59,447 nucleotides of DNA from Chromera velia. Lineage: Eukaryota. The notes under the pieces are model-generated. The model had not been told where the DNA came from and ran no database searches. It worked only from the letters and a program-made list of their open reading frames with translations. The stretch covers positions 1 through 59,447 of the forward strand of contig JAHBMJ010000004.1 in the NCBI GenBank assembly GCA_018398765.1, written 5' to 3'. Position 1 is the first letter of the stretch; each line of letters begins with the position of its first letter. A program made the translations under genes and the position numbers. Shown here piece after piece: positions 13,542-25,828 of this stretch.

Positions 13542-14871
13542 CCTTGCCAAGACTTAGGAATTTAGACAGTACACAGTACAGTTAGGAGGAACTAAATTCA
13601 TTTGGTTACCAAGCGGCCGTAAGGCCGCCCGGTAATCACATTTATGGGTATGGTAGTAAGTTGGGGCAGAGGTACCATGGTAGTGGTAGTAGTATAGGGG
13701 GTTTTCCTAGTAATCTTGATGATGATGATGATGATTGAGGGTTAAATCCACTCCTTACGCTTTTCAATAAAAAGATTCATAAAATATAAAACAATCAATT
13801 AAAAAATTATAAAAACTCTTTATAGAATATCATAATTTAACCATTAAAATGATTGAAAACGATCATCGCATTCGGTGACCGGGACAGGCATCCCACACTG
13901 CAGGAGAGTAGCGCTTGCTAGAGCGCTTGAAGACTTTTTCTGTATCAGACTGTATGGAGAAGCTCTACGTTGAATGCGATCTTCGTGACCATAGCATCCT
14001 ATACTATCAAACGTACGTTTGTGAGTGCAGAGTCACTGCAGACATCGTGTAGGGAACACAAAGACAGGCTTCTCCACACTTTGTACTGTGCATGATCAAG
14101 GCCTCCACCCACCCCTACCTTGTAGTCAAGGAGAAAGGGTTGCGCGTGGGGCCCAGGCCTTCTGTAAACATTTGCCAGTGGAGCAAATGGTGCGTTTGGG
14201 AGCAATTTATCGTAGACAGCTCTCTCTGTAGAATCAAATGAATCAATCGTAAAATTCAGAGAACCGTTTTCATCTTTTCAAAATAGATGCATAATAGATC
14301 ACGAATTAAAAGCTTGATCCGAAAGCGAAGGTAAGCATGCCAGTGCATGCACGCTTAGACGTTTTTTTTTACCGCTTTGCTGGGGTTTTTCGTCCAAACT
14401 ACCATTGCTATGGTTACTTGACGCCGGGGTGACTGGCGGGGTTTAGGACCCCCCTGGTTGCTGCTCACGAGTTACCAAATCTACGGTCACCATAAAATCG
14501 CTCGACCGCCCCGGTAGTTCCTCCTAACCTCACTGTGTATTAGACAGGAATTTAGAGGAATTTAGACAGGAATCTAAAGGAATTTAGAGCTAGATTTAGA
14601 GCTCTAAATTCCTAAACTTTGGAGGTCGGTTTCTCATGAACTATTATAAGTTAGAATTTGATATTAACAGTGCTTATAGCTTTAATATAGGTCTATAAAC
14701 ACAGTTCATATCAAGTTCAAACTCATCATAGTTCATGAGAAATCGACCTCCAAAAATCGCTAAATTCTTCTAAATTCTTGTCTTTAAATTCCTTTAGATT
14801 CCTAGCTACATTCCTCTAAATTCCTGTCTAAATTTCTAAATTCCCGTCCAAATTCCTAAGTTTTTGCAGGG
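13542..14871. mobile_element. Foldback/MITE-like non-autonomous DNA element, interrupted by a nested element
   Basis: Termini ccttgccaagacttaggaattt (13542) and aaattcctaagtttttgcaggg (ends 14871) are imperfect inverted repeats flanked by TA. Internal arms 14619-14644 and 14728-14753 are near-perfect inverted repeats; ggaatttag sub-repeats occur in mirrored orientation. Confidence 0.75.
13570..14539. mobile_element. Non-autonomous TIR element with 8-bp TSD (hAT-like), nested in the foldback element
   Basis: TIRs tacacagtacagttaggaggaacta (13570-13594) and tagttcctcctaacctcactgtgta (14515-14539), 22 of 25 matching; direct repeat ttagacag at 13562-13569 and 14540-14547; no transposase ORF. Confidence 0.8.
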
Positions 14872-15152
14872 TAGAGCTAGCCTCAGCTAGGCGAAGGACA
14901 AGTTCCCTGGATAACATAAAGAAAATGAATATTATACAAAAAGATTTTTCTTTCAAAATTTTATTCAAATAAAAATTTTATTAATTTGATTTTTCTTCGT
15001 GAGTTAGCCAAACTTAGTTCTAGACTTAGCTGACATATAAGCATACCTAGACATAGAATTAAACATGCTGTCTGCCGCTTTAGCGTGTAAACAAACTGTC
15101 TGTTGCTTTGAAAATGCACGCTAGAATGCACGCGAGGGCACATGAATGGCAT

Positions 15153-16198
15153 CTCTCGCCGCCTGCCGGAAAGGCTTCTGCGCAGGCTGACAGCAGCGAA
15201 GGCCAACCAGAAGACTAGCCAGAGGGCTAGCCAAAGGAAGGCCCCGCACACACAAACCACAACAGCAACTGCCCAAAGAAGAGCCAGGAGGACCAACTCC
15301 CCCAGGTCGAGGCTGAGAGACTTTGCCTTCTCCCAGTTCTCTTTGCGTGCAGTGCCACACAGCCGAACAGCCAGAGAAATTGCCCTCTGACCCCCCCGCC
15401 CCATCGTGCAAAGCCACACACCCCCACGACAGAGTAGCTTCCCCCCCGACCAAAGCGAAACGCTCATCCGACAGAGTAGCTCCCCCCCTACCTCTACAGC
15501 CCCCCTGCCAAAGAGGGCAGAGACATATCGGAGGACTTGGAAGCCCTCTCTCGCCCCCGAAATGCCTTTGCTGATAGCAAAGTAGGAGCCGCGCACCAGC
15601 GCTTCTCCCAGACCCTGAGCTGCTGGGGGCACCTTGCTGACCACCCTCCAGAGAGAAAAACAGAGCGAGAGACCAAGAAGAAAAAACTGGGCACGCAGAC
15701 AGTTGGAAGCCCTCGCGATGCGGGAGCCCAGGCAGGCCCCGACGCGTCTCCAGAATGTGATGATCCCCCCCCCCCATTCACCCATGCGTGCAGTAAGTCC
15801 TGCAGCATACCGGCGGAAAGAAGGAGAAAAAAATCGTCGCCTGAAAATCCCTTTGGGTTCATGCAGTCGAACACTTCTGAGGCACCCGAAGGCGCACTCT
15901 GTCCACCTAATGAGGAGCTCCCGTGTCGAAGACCTCAAATACATCCCAGAAGCGGCGCACGAATGAACGGACAACTATGGGTCTCTGGAGTAAATGATTC
16001 GAACCGAGTCTTCTGACGTCCGCATTCTTCTTTTCCCCCCACTCTCTGCGCAAACGCGCGACGGACACAGAATAGCTCCCCCGACTGCCTGATGGGACGG
16101 CCAGCAGGAGGTCTCGAACCTCACACTCCAGTCGAAATCTGCACGAACACACACATTCGCACACACATACGCACACACAAACACATACACGCACAGAC

Positions 16199-16234
<36 letters not shown>

Positions 16235-16398
16235 GCACGCACACGCACGCACGCACACGCACACGCACACGCACACGCACACACACACGCTCACGTACAC
16301 ACGCACGCACGCACACGCACACACACACGCACACGTACACACGCACACACGCACACGCACACACGCACACACGCGCACACGCACACGCGCACAAGCAC

Positions 16399-16465
<67 letters not shown>

Positions 16466-17191
16466 ACCACAGAGAGAGAGAGCGAGAGAGACAAACGCAC
16501 ATTCTTGTGCATTTAACGGAACGCAGAGCGCCACATGAATTGCGCAGAAATACGTGCAAGACCTCACAGGAGGATGAACGCAAAAGAACCACTCTCACAA
16601 TAGAGATCACTGACTTGACATAGTTCAGAACCCGATCGCGATGCCCACCCTTTCCCGGTCGCACAACAACCACGTGGGCCTCCGGGTCAATCCTCTCAAA
16701 CGAAGAAGGCGGCGCCACCACGACTGGCGCACCTCGTCTCGGAATGGGTGAGGAAGCGGCCCCGTTCTCTGCCTCGTTCTCCCCTTGGTGCTGTACGGGA
16801 AGGGTTGAGGGATCTGAGACATCTAGGCTCTCGCCGCCTGTCGGAAAGGCTTCTGCACAGACTGACAGCAGCGAAGGCCAACCAGAGGACTAGCCAAAGG
16901 AAGGCCCCGTACACACAAACCCCAACAGCAACTGCCCAAAGGAGAGCCATGAGGATCAGTTCCCCCAGGTTGACGATAAGGCACTTCGCCTTCTCCCAGT
17001 TCTCTTCCCGTGCACACACACACCCAGACAGACAAAGTGCCATTCGATCTGCCCCCCTGCCCCATCGTGCAAAGCCACACCCCCACACGACAGAGTACCT
17101 TCCCCCCTACCCCTGCAGCCCCCCTGCATGCCCCAAGAGGGCAGAGACAGACCTGAGGACTTTGAAGCCCTTCCTTGCCCCCGAAATGCCT
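15153..17191 (-). pseudogene. Two diverged direct copies (15153-15567 and 16828-17191) of a segment encoding a hydrophobic peptide; probably a decayed multi-copy gene
   Basis: Both copies translate on the minus strand to ...ENWEKAK..LGEL.L.ALLWAVAV.VCV.GAFLWL.LWL..AFAAVSL.RSLS.RRRE; surrounding frames are broken by stops and frameshifts. Confidence 0.55.
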
Positions 17192-19024
17192 GTAACGGCT
17201 GCCCGCTCTCTCTCTAGGGCCCCAGGTGCATTGACAAGTGCACTGATCACTGCCCCCAGCCAGTGCTGATTTCTCTCGTTAATCAACGCGAGGACAGGTC
17301 TGCCTAGCTGCAAAGGGCGCAAATCTCTTCCCCAGCCCCTGGCGCACAATCTCACCCTCTCTGCATTCCTGCTCCCTCTTCCTCCCATGCTTCCCAATCC
17401 TGACCCACGGAGTCGACCCCCTGTCTGTGTTCTTTATCTGCTCACACGTGAGCGAGTTCACAAAGCCAAACGGATCCGTCTCCTCAGACCCAATGCCCAA
17501 GATTGCCCAAGCGCAGGCTGATATCTGCAAAAAGGTTCACGGTCTAATCTTTCCACCATTCCCTTCTCCCTTCCCCCGCCCGTAGGATCCCCAGTGATTC
17601 GTTGTTGAGTGCGTGGGTGCCCTTTCGCCTAGCTGGATCCAGTGTCCCGCGTCCCAAGCCCGGATTCCCCTCTCTTCCTAGCTCCTCCGCTTAATTCCTC
17701 CAACATCTCCGTAACAAATCGTGCTGCTCATCGAAAACCTCCCCGTGGTTCTGAGGCTCTACGTTCTGCTCTCGAGATACCTGCGGAGACAGAAGCAGTG
17801 AGGGGCGGGACATGTTCGGCAACACCGTCTGCCTTTGATGCCCTCTGCAAGTTCGGTCGAGCTCTGGACGAACTCACCGAATGCCTTCCCCTCCCTGCCA
17901 TCCTCGCCTCAGGCTGCTCCCGTGCAGAGCCTGCTTGAGGTCTGAATGGCAGGGAGGGGTTAGTCGTTGAGTCCGCATGGGCTGAGGTCCTACAGCCATG
18001 TCCATCTCACTGCCTGTCGATGCCCTCCGTGCAAGTGGTCGATGGAGTTCGTCGCTTCGTCTCCACTCCAACCTTCTACTCTGTTCACCTCTGTTTAAGA
18101 AATTCTGTCTACCTTTCAACTCAAGTGTACTCAGTGGTTGAAACTTCTGGAAGCCCGTCTGGCTTTGCGTGGAATGTGCTGTTGGAAATCGAACACTCAA
18201 ACACGCGGACGGAGACGGAACGGAGAGGGACTGTTGCTCGAGAATCCGAGACAAATACGCGAGTCCGTGACCATTGGTCCGAGATCTCCGCAGTCCGGTG
18301 GCCTCCTTCTGCCGGAGAGTACCGTTCGCCTTCTCTCTATTTCTCTGTCCTGTTCTGCACACAATCAAACGTATTTCCCCGGGCTGCCGCTCAGTGCTGC
18401 CATGTGCTGCCCTCGGACCGACGACGCACAAACTGGTGGATACTATTTTCGCACTTATACTTTTGCGCGCAAATTCGCGCGAACAAACTTGTATCCATAC
18501 CCATCCATACCCACATGCATGCATGCATGCATACGTTAATTCTCGATTGTTCAATCCGACCGATACAGATTTTCTTTGACCGATATATACATCATGGATG
18601 ATACATCGATAGCGATATTATAGCTATAGTGTACGTATACAGAATGAATGCATGTGCATGTGTATGTATATATGTCTTATATTTTTATACACGTACTTAA
18701 TTATGTGTGAGTATATATATGGACAGACCAAAATTAAGTGGGTACAAAGATATGTACACAAACGAACAGCAAGACTCGATAAGGCAGGGATTTCTCAGTC
18801 AAGCAGTAATATATATGGAACAAAGAGAACCTCGAACGAACAGTGGCAGCGCCAGAAGTCGGACTGTAGATCAGCAAAGGGAAGAACCGACTAGGCGCCG
18901 AAGACGCTCAAAGCAGTGACGAAAAGGCGAAGCACAAGAGAAAGCAGACTTGGAAAGAGTAGAAAGAAAAACAACTGAGAGGGAGGGTTGAGCCCTTCTG
19001 AATGGACCGACGAAGTTGACAGAC

Positions 19025-19302
19025 ATGTCAGCAGTCAGACTCCGGCTGGCAGCACTCTTCGTCTTTGCAGCGCTGACACAGTGCCACCTCGGTCAGTCAA
19101 CTCATCCTCCGCATGCCCAAGCACCAAAGAGATCGCATCCCTCTTGAAATTCGGTTTCCTCCGTCTTCCTTTCTCTCTTGCTGTGCCTCTGCAAATGACT
19201 GGTCTCCTCTCACGGCTGCGGCTGCATTCATTCAGACAGGTATAATCCTTTGCAAGGCCCGATTTGGGTCCTCATGCGCGTGAGGGGAAAGCGCGAGCGA
19301 GC

Positions 19303-19339
<37 letters not shown>

Positions 19340-20422
19340 CGAGAGCGAGAGAGAGAGAGAGAGAGAGATCCGGATTGTCAGCCAGTCAGACGAAGTGTTC
19401 ATCATGATTGGCTACAACACAAACGAACGCGGACAGAGAGGGCACGTGATTGAAGCTGAGGCAGTTTTGGCTATGATCATTCCAAGGGGAGGGGGGGAAG
19501 AGTGCACATGAAAGAACCAGACAGACAATCTGGGTTTTCTTGTAGCTGCACACCCAGTTGCTTTCTTGCCTGCCTGCCTGCCTACCTACCTCCCTACCTG
19601 CCTACCTGCCTACCTGTCTTTCTACTAGGCTGTTTGGCTTCCCCCTCTCCAGTCTTGTTTTTCCTACGTTGCCTCCTCTCTTCTTCTCGTGCTTCCTTTC
19701 TTCATTCCTTCCGTTCGTCTTTCTGTCCTTCCCTTCTTCCTTTCTTCTTTCTCTCTTTCTCCCCTCTTCCTTCCTTCCTTCCTTCCTTCATTCATTCATT
19801 CCTTCCTTCCTTGTTTCTCGCTCTTTCTTCTGTTCTCCTCTCTTTCCCTCTCCTTTCTTTCCCACTTCACGCTTCCATCTTTCCTCTCTCCTTTTCCCCC
19901 ACAGTCTTCTCCCGCATTCATCAATCCTGGTTTTTGTCTGTTCGTTTTTGCAGCTTCTGGTGAGCAGCAGCTGCAGCAACAGCGTGAAAGCCAAGCACGA
20001 CGCCACCGGGTGGTTCGAGCGCCATACGGGGATTCAGAGAGAGAAGGGAAGGGGGAAAGGGAAGGGGATGGGGACCGGAGGGGCAAATTCAGGGAGAGGG
20101 ACGATGCAGCAGATTCCCTTCCTGCTCCTGCTCCTGCTGCCCCCCGGGTTTACGACTTCTCAGACTCTGACTGGAGGAGAAACGCACTCCAATCTCTGGG
20201 CAATGCTCTGGTCCCTGGACTCTCCGCTCACCGAATTGGAAACGCGCGGATTCCTTCGGGTGGGTCACGTAGCCTAGTCTTTGTTTTTGCACCCATGTCC
20301 TTTCAGAAAAATGAGTCTCTCTTTCCTGTCCTTTATGATGAGCATATGACCTTCGTACATTGTTGCAGCAGCAGCTGGAAGGAAGGGCTGTCTCTGTGGT
20401 CGTTTGTTCTTGCATCTGTCTG

Positions 20423-20458
<36 letters not shown>

Positions 20459-20576
20459 GCCTGCCTGTCTTCTGTCTGTCTGTCTGCCTGCCTGCCTGCC
20501 TGCCTGCCTGTCTTCTGTCTGTCTGTCTGCCTGCCTGCCTGCCTGCCTGTCTTCTGTCTGTCTGTCTGTCTGTCTG

Positions 20577-20612
<36 letters not shown>

Positions 20613-22468
20613 GTCTATCTGTCTGTCTTCTGTCTGTCTGTCTGTCTGTCTTGTCTGTCTTTTCTGTCTTGTCTGTCTTGTCTGTCTGTCTGCCTGCCTG
20701 TCTGCCTGTCTGTCTGTCTGTCTGTCTGCCTGCCTGTCTGTCTGCCTGCCTGCCTGTCTTCTGTCTGTCTGTCTGTCTGTCTGTCTGCCTGCCTGCCTGT
20801 CTGTCTTTGGTATTTCTCTTTCTTGCCTCGGTTTCTTGTATGATTGAAAGTTAAAAGAGAAAGAAAAAAAGAAAGAGAACGAAAAAAAAGAAGTCATATG
20901 GTCTGTTTGCCTATCTGTATCTGTCTTGCAGCAGTTGAAGGGGGGGACCATCGAAGGCATTCGCTGAGATCCCACAAACACAAACACCGCAACGGAGCTG
21001 AAAGAAGTCGGCGGAAGGGGGGAGGTGCTTTGCATTTCCATTCAGCACGGGATGAGGAGGAGGAAGCTGGGGAAGGGTACCATAGACTTTCAGACAGAGG
21101 AGGTGTGAGAAACCAAAGAGGATCTGGGGAGAGCGAAAGGAACTCCAGTGTTTTTGAGAAACGGCAGAATGTGTTGTCCGTCTCGGTGCCTTCAGCAGTT
21201 GAAGAAGCGAGCCGCCGCTATTCATCCACCCCTCACCGTTTTGAGGAGTCGAAGCTGAAAAGCCGCAAGAGCGACACAGAGCGAGCGAGATCAGAGGAGG
21301 ACGAAAACGAGGAGTCCGGAAGTGGTAGTGACACAGAGGACACCCTTCACCAGTCTGCAAAAAGACGGGAAAGTACAGAACAACACCAACAAGATGTTCT
21401 TTCAGTGTTGGAAAGATTGGCTAGAGACAGACGAGAGCAAGAGACAGAAACAGAAACCGAGGGGAAACACAGGAGCCACCACCACGACCACAGAAGAAGA
21501 TATGAGGGTGACAGAAAGTCATCGTCGTCTCACCACTCCAAGATGGCAAAGAGAGAAGAGGAGGATGGTGAACGAGCTCAGGAGGATTCTCCCTCCTCCA
21601 CTCCATCGCATCATCGCCACAGCCATCAGCACTCTCACCACACCCACAAAAAACACCATCACCATCACCACAATCACCACCACTCTTCTGAAGACCACCC
21701 TTCTCACTCGGACCGCCACTTGCTTTCGAAAGAAGACACGCCTCTTTCCAATGAAGAGATAGAGTCAGAAGCACGCAATGTTCTTGCTACGTTGAAAGCT
21801 GAAGAGAAGGCAAATGCGACAAGAACGAAACTGAAGGACAGAGAAGACGAGGAGGAGAGACGAAACGTCTCTTCATCCCTCCTGTCCTCCTCCGAGACCG
21901 ACAACATCCCCCTCCCGTCCAACCAGACAAACAGCACCGACAACTTTCTCGACCGAAGAAATGAAATTCCCACCACCTCTTACTTTCATTCCAACAAAAC
22001 CTCATCTCCGTCTCCATCCTCATCCCCCCTCCCCCCCGCTCCGAACGCCAACAACACACGTCTCCTCAGAGGTGCCATGCCCAGCTCCTTGCAGTCGTCT
22101 GACAATCACCAAGGCCTCCTTCCCTCCTCTTTTACTTCCAAAGAATCAACGGAAAAGGACTCTGATGAGAAGGAGACAGAAAAGGAGAGCGACAAGGAAA
22201 AAGAGAAGGAGAAGGAAGGAACGAGTGACGGTTCAGACAAAGAAGGAGACAACAAAGCGGAGGGGGAGGGGGAGGGGGACTCCGAGGGCGCGGACTCTGC
22301 CAGCAGCAACTCAGCCTCCGACCAAATGGAAGAGGGCGAAGGCGGACACCACAAAGGTGCGCGCGTCCAAGGATTCGCGTCTTGTCTGTCTGTTCTTCGG
22401 TCTTTCTGTCTCGTCTGTCTGTCTTGTCTGCCTCTGTCTCTGTCTCTCTGTCTCTCTGTCTCTCTGTC

Positions 22469-22512
<44 letters not shown>

Positions 22513-22642
22513 GAAGCAATGCGTGCGTAGATTCGTGGGTAGGGGTGTGTATACGCGCGCTGCTGTAGGTATGTATGCGTCTCTCTGTGTTGCGCAAGTC
22601 CGGAAGACAGAAAAGGGAAGAGCAATTGATACGTGTGTGTGT

Positions 22643-22677
<35 letters not shown>

Positions 22678-23731
22678 ATATGAACGGAAAGAGAGGCAAG
22701 AGAAAAGGAATGCGATAGAAGATATGTGAGTCCACAGGGCCAGCTAGACTGGTAGTCAGTCAGTCACTTAGCTGTTCTTACACAAACCCGCACATCTCCA
22801 ACTGCATCCATACACGATTCTGTCAGCTGGATATGGATGTGTGCGGTCAGGGAGGCATCTTCTCTCCTTCCTTTTGCCGTGTGCGGAGGTAAGATTAGAA
22901 GTTTGGGGACGATGTTGTTTCCTTTTTCTTGCTGCTGCTGCTAACGGAATTTCCTGGGCTCAATCTATTTGGTGCTTGCTGAGTGTGTGACTATCCGAGT
23001 GAGTGCACATATGTATGCAGAGGAGTCCCAAAAGCTTGAACACTGAGTGTGTGACTATCCGAGTGAGTGCACATATGTATGCAGAGGAGTCCCAAAAGCT
23101 TGAACACTGAGTGTGTGACTATCCGAGTGAGTGCACATATGTATGCAGAGGAGTCCCAAAAGCTTGAACAGGGCGAGAGAGGCGCAAGCGAGACGGTGTC
23201 TAGGGACGCCGAGTGGGTGGAGCAGAAGACCAACGAGGCCAAGGAGGCAATGACACAGTACAACGCTGCAAGGAAGGTGAGGAAGAAGAAATTATGGAGA
23301 ATAAACGAGCAAAAAACAGAGTGTGATATGTAAATATTCATTTGCTTCAAACACAAAGAGCCTCCAGAAAACCTAGTCCCCTCCTACCCGACACTACTCT
23401 TCCTCTGGCGCTTTTCCTTTCTGTTTCCCTCCCTCAGCCACTGACTCCGCTCCCCACCTTGTCATCAAAATCAAAATTCTCATGCAATCAGCTCTGGCAA
23501 TCAAGATGCATTTTTGTACCATCTGATCACAGTTTATGAAAAAACGAAGTGCAATACAGAGGAGCCATGGGCCAATTTCCAGTAGTTTGCACACCTTTTT
23601 GAATGTCGCACTCCTTTTGTTTTGTTTTTTTTGGTCTGCACAGAACCACGTTCATGATGCATGGTCTGCGAGCTCGCTGCAGAAACTGCAAGACGCATGA
23701 TTCATTTTCATACATACACACACACACACAC

Positions 23732-23780
<49 letters not shown>

Positions 23781-23826
23781 CAGAGACACACACACACACA
23801 CACACACAGGGAGACAGAGAGAGGGA

Positions 23827-23858
<32 letters not shown>

Positions 23859-23860
23859 CA

Positions 23861-23910
<50 letters not shown>

Positions 23911-25793
23911 CAGAGACAGAGACAGAGACAGAGACAGACACACACACACACAGAGAGAGAGAGAGTTCTGTATGAAAATGAATCATGCGAGCTCGCTGCA
24001 GAAACTGCAAGACGCACAACAAACGCGCGACGATGACGAGGCCGCTCTCGCATCTGCACAGAAAAAGCTGACCAGAGCAGCCTTCGCTGCCGAGGAAGCC
24101 CTTGCAAAGGTCGGTAAGTGAGTGAGTCAATGAATGGAAAACCACGATGGGTTGTTCCTCTCTCATCCTCACTCCTCATTCCCCCCCCCTCCCCCTCTCT
24201 CTCTCAGTAGTTCACTCACTGACTTGCTGGCTTGTTCTGCGTGCACGTGCTGGATGCGCTTGGTGCTGAATTCCATGCGCTGATCCAATTTTAAAACCTC
24301 CACTCCAAGACATTCTCTCTCTCAGTACAAAAAAGAACAACTGCTACTGACCCGGCCAGGGGGGATGAGGGCCTTCCCCCCCTTCCCCCCCAGCTGCCAC
24401 TCACCTCTCTTCTCTCACCAGTATGTGCTTCCTTTTCTTGTTGCATGCAATTGTTTTTTCTCTCTTGTTGCTTTTCTCTCTCTTTCTGTCCTTGTTTGCC
24501 TCATTTGTCTGCATGCTTACTCGCTCTTCCTCTCTCCCATCATTATTTCGCTTTGATTTCCTGCCTGGGCCTCTGACGAACCTCACTCTTTTCCTTCCTG
24601 GTGATTTGCTCTCTCTTTTTCTTTTCTCTGTACGCGGTGCAGCGGGGAAGAAGTGTCTCTTTTCTTCTCTTCTTTTTTTCCCACTAAAGCATGTTTTTTG
24701 TTGGATTGCAGTTCAACACGACGAAGAACAAATTTGAGGAGACAGTCAAGCACGAGAGCGAGGAGGTGCAGAGAATTGTGGAAATGCGAATATCAGCCTC
24801 CGTCATTCCTCCTCCAGCGGTGCCGAATCCCGACGATGCCAAGAAGAGTTCCTCTCTGTCGATCCTCGGAGGGGACGAGGACAACAAAGACAAGAAAGAA
24901 AAGGAAGACGGGGAGGCAGAGGGAGAGAACAAACAAAAAGAAACACACGCCACCACCTCGGGGGAAAACGACGAACCGTGTCCGTATATGTGCGACAAGA
25001 ATTACTGTCAGAAGACCTTCAAAACAGCGGAAGATTCACTTCTCGGATGCTGGAGGGTCAGTCGGCCTGTCGGTCTGTTGGTCTTCCGTTCCGTTTGAAT
25101 CAATCCAAATCGAAGAACTAAACCAATTGACCCACGCAGTCTGCCTTTTGTCTGCAGGGTCAGCCAAATAAAAGGAACGCAAAAAAAGAGTTGAGCACAA
25201 CAGAAAGTGCACAGTCAGTAGAGCTGCGTGAAGTGAAAAATGAAAATTGATTTCTCCCCTTGTGCAGGCCAACAAGGACGGCGAAGTGGAGTGCTACCCG
25301 TTCAAGGACAGGCAGTCTTTCCAGTGCGATGACGAGTACGGCACAAAGCCCTGTGCGGCTGCGAGTCTGGATGTGGTGGACAACAACAGCTTCTCTTTTG
25401 TCACAGCGGTCAGCCTGCCTGCATGAAGGTTCTGATGGGGTATGCCTGTATGACTATGTGTCCCTCTGTATGTATGCATGTATTTTTTGGCAAGGGGATT
25501 TGGACAGAAAAATGCAAAGCACCCCCCCTCTTGATTGAGACAGCTCTGTTTACTCTCTTTCTCTGTGCACTGCACGTGACAAGTTTCGACCGTCTCGCCA
25601 CAGCGAAACAAAACTCTTCCTTTCTGCTTGCACTGCAGACAAACGAATCCAAAGAGAAGCACAGAGGGTCCAACAGCGTCCAAGTCTTCGTCAGTCCGTT
25701 TTGCTCTCTTTCTCTCTCTGTCCGCATGTGTGTGTGTGCATGTGCACATGTGTGTGCTTCTCTGTGCGTGTGTGCTTGTGTCTGTGCGACCGC

Positions 25794-25828
<35 letters not shown>

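Noticed and set aside
17874..18601. Overlapping 190-230 aa ORFs on both strands
   Set aside because: No recognisable motifs or consistent splice structure; cannot support a gene.
22979..23170. CRISPR-like array (also 8912-9006, 35469-35656, 43593-43767)
   Set aside because: Units are contiguous with no unique spacers, there are no cas genes, and the context is eukaryotic.
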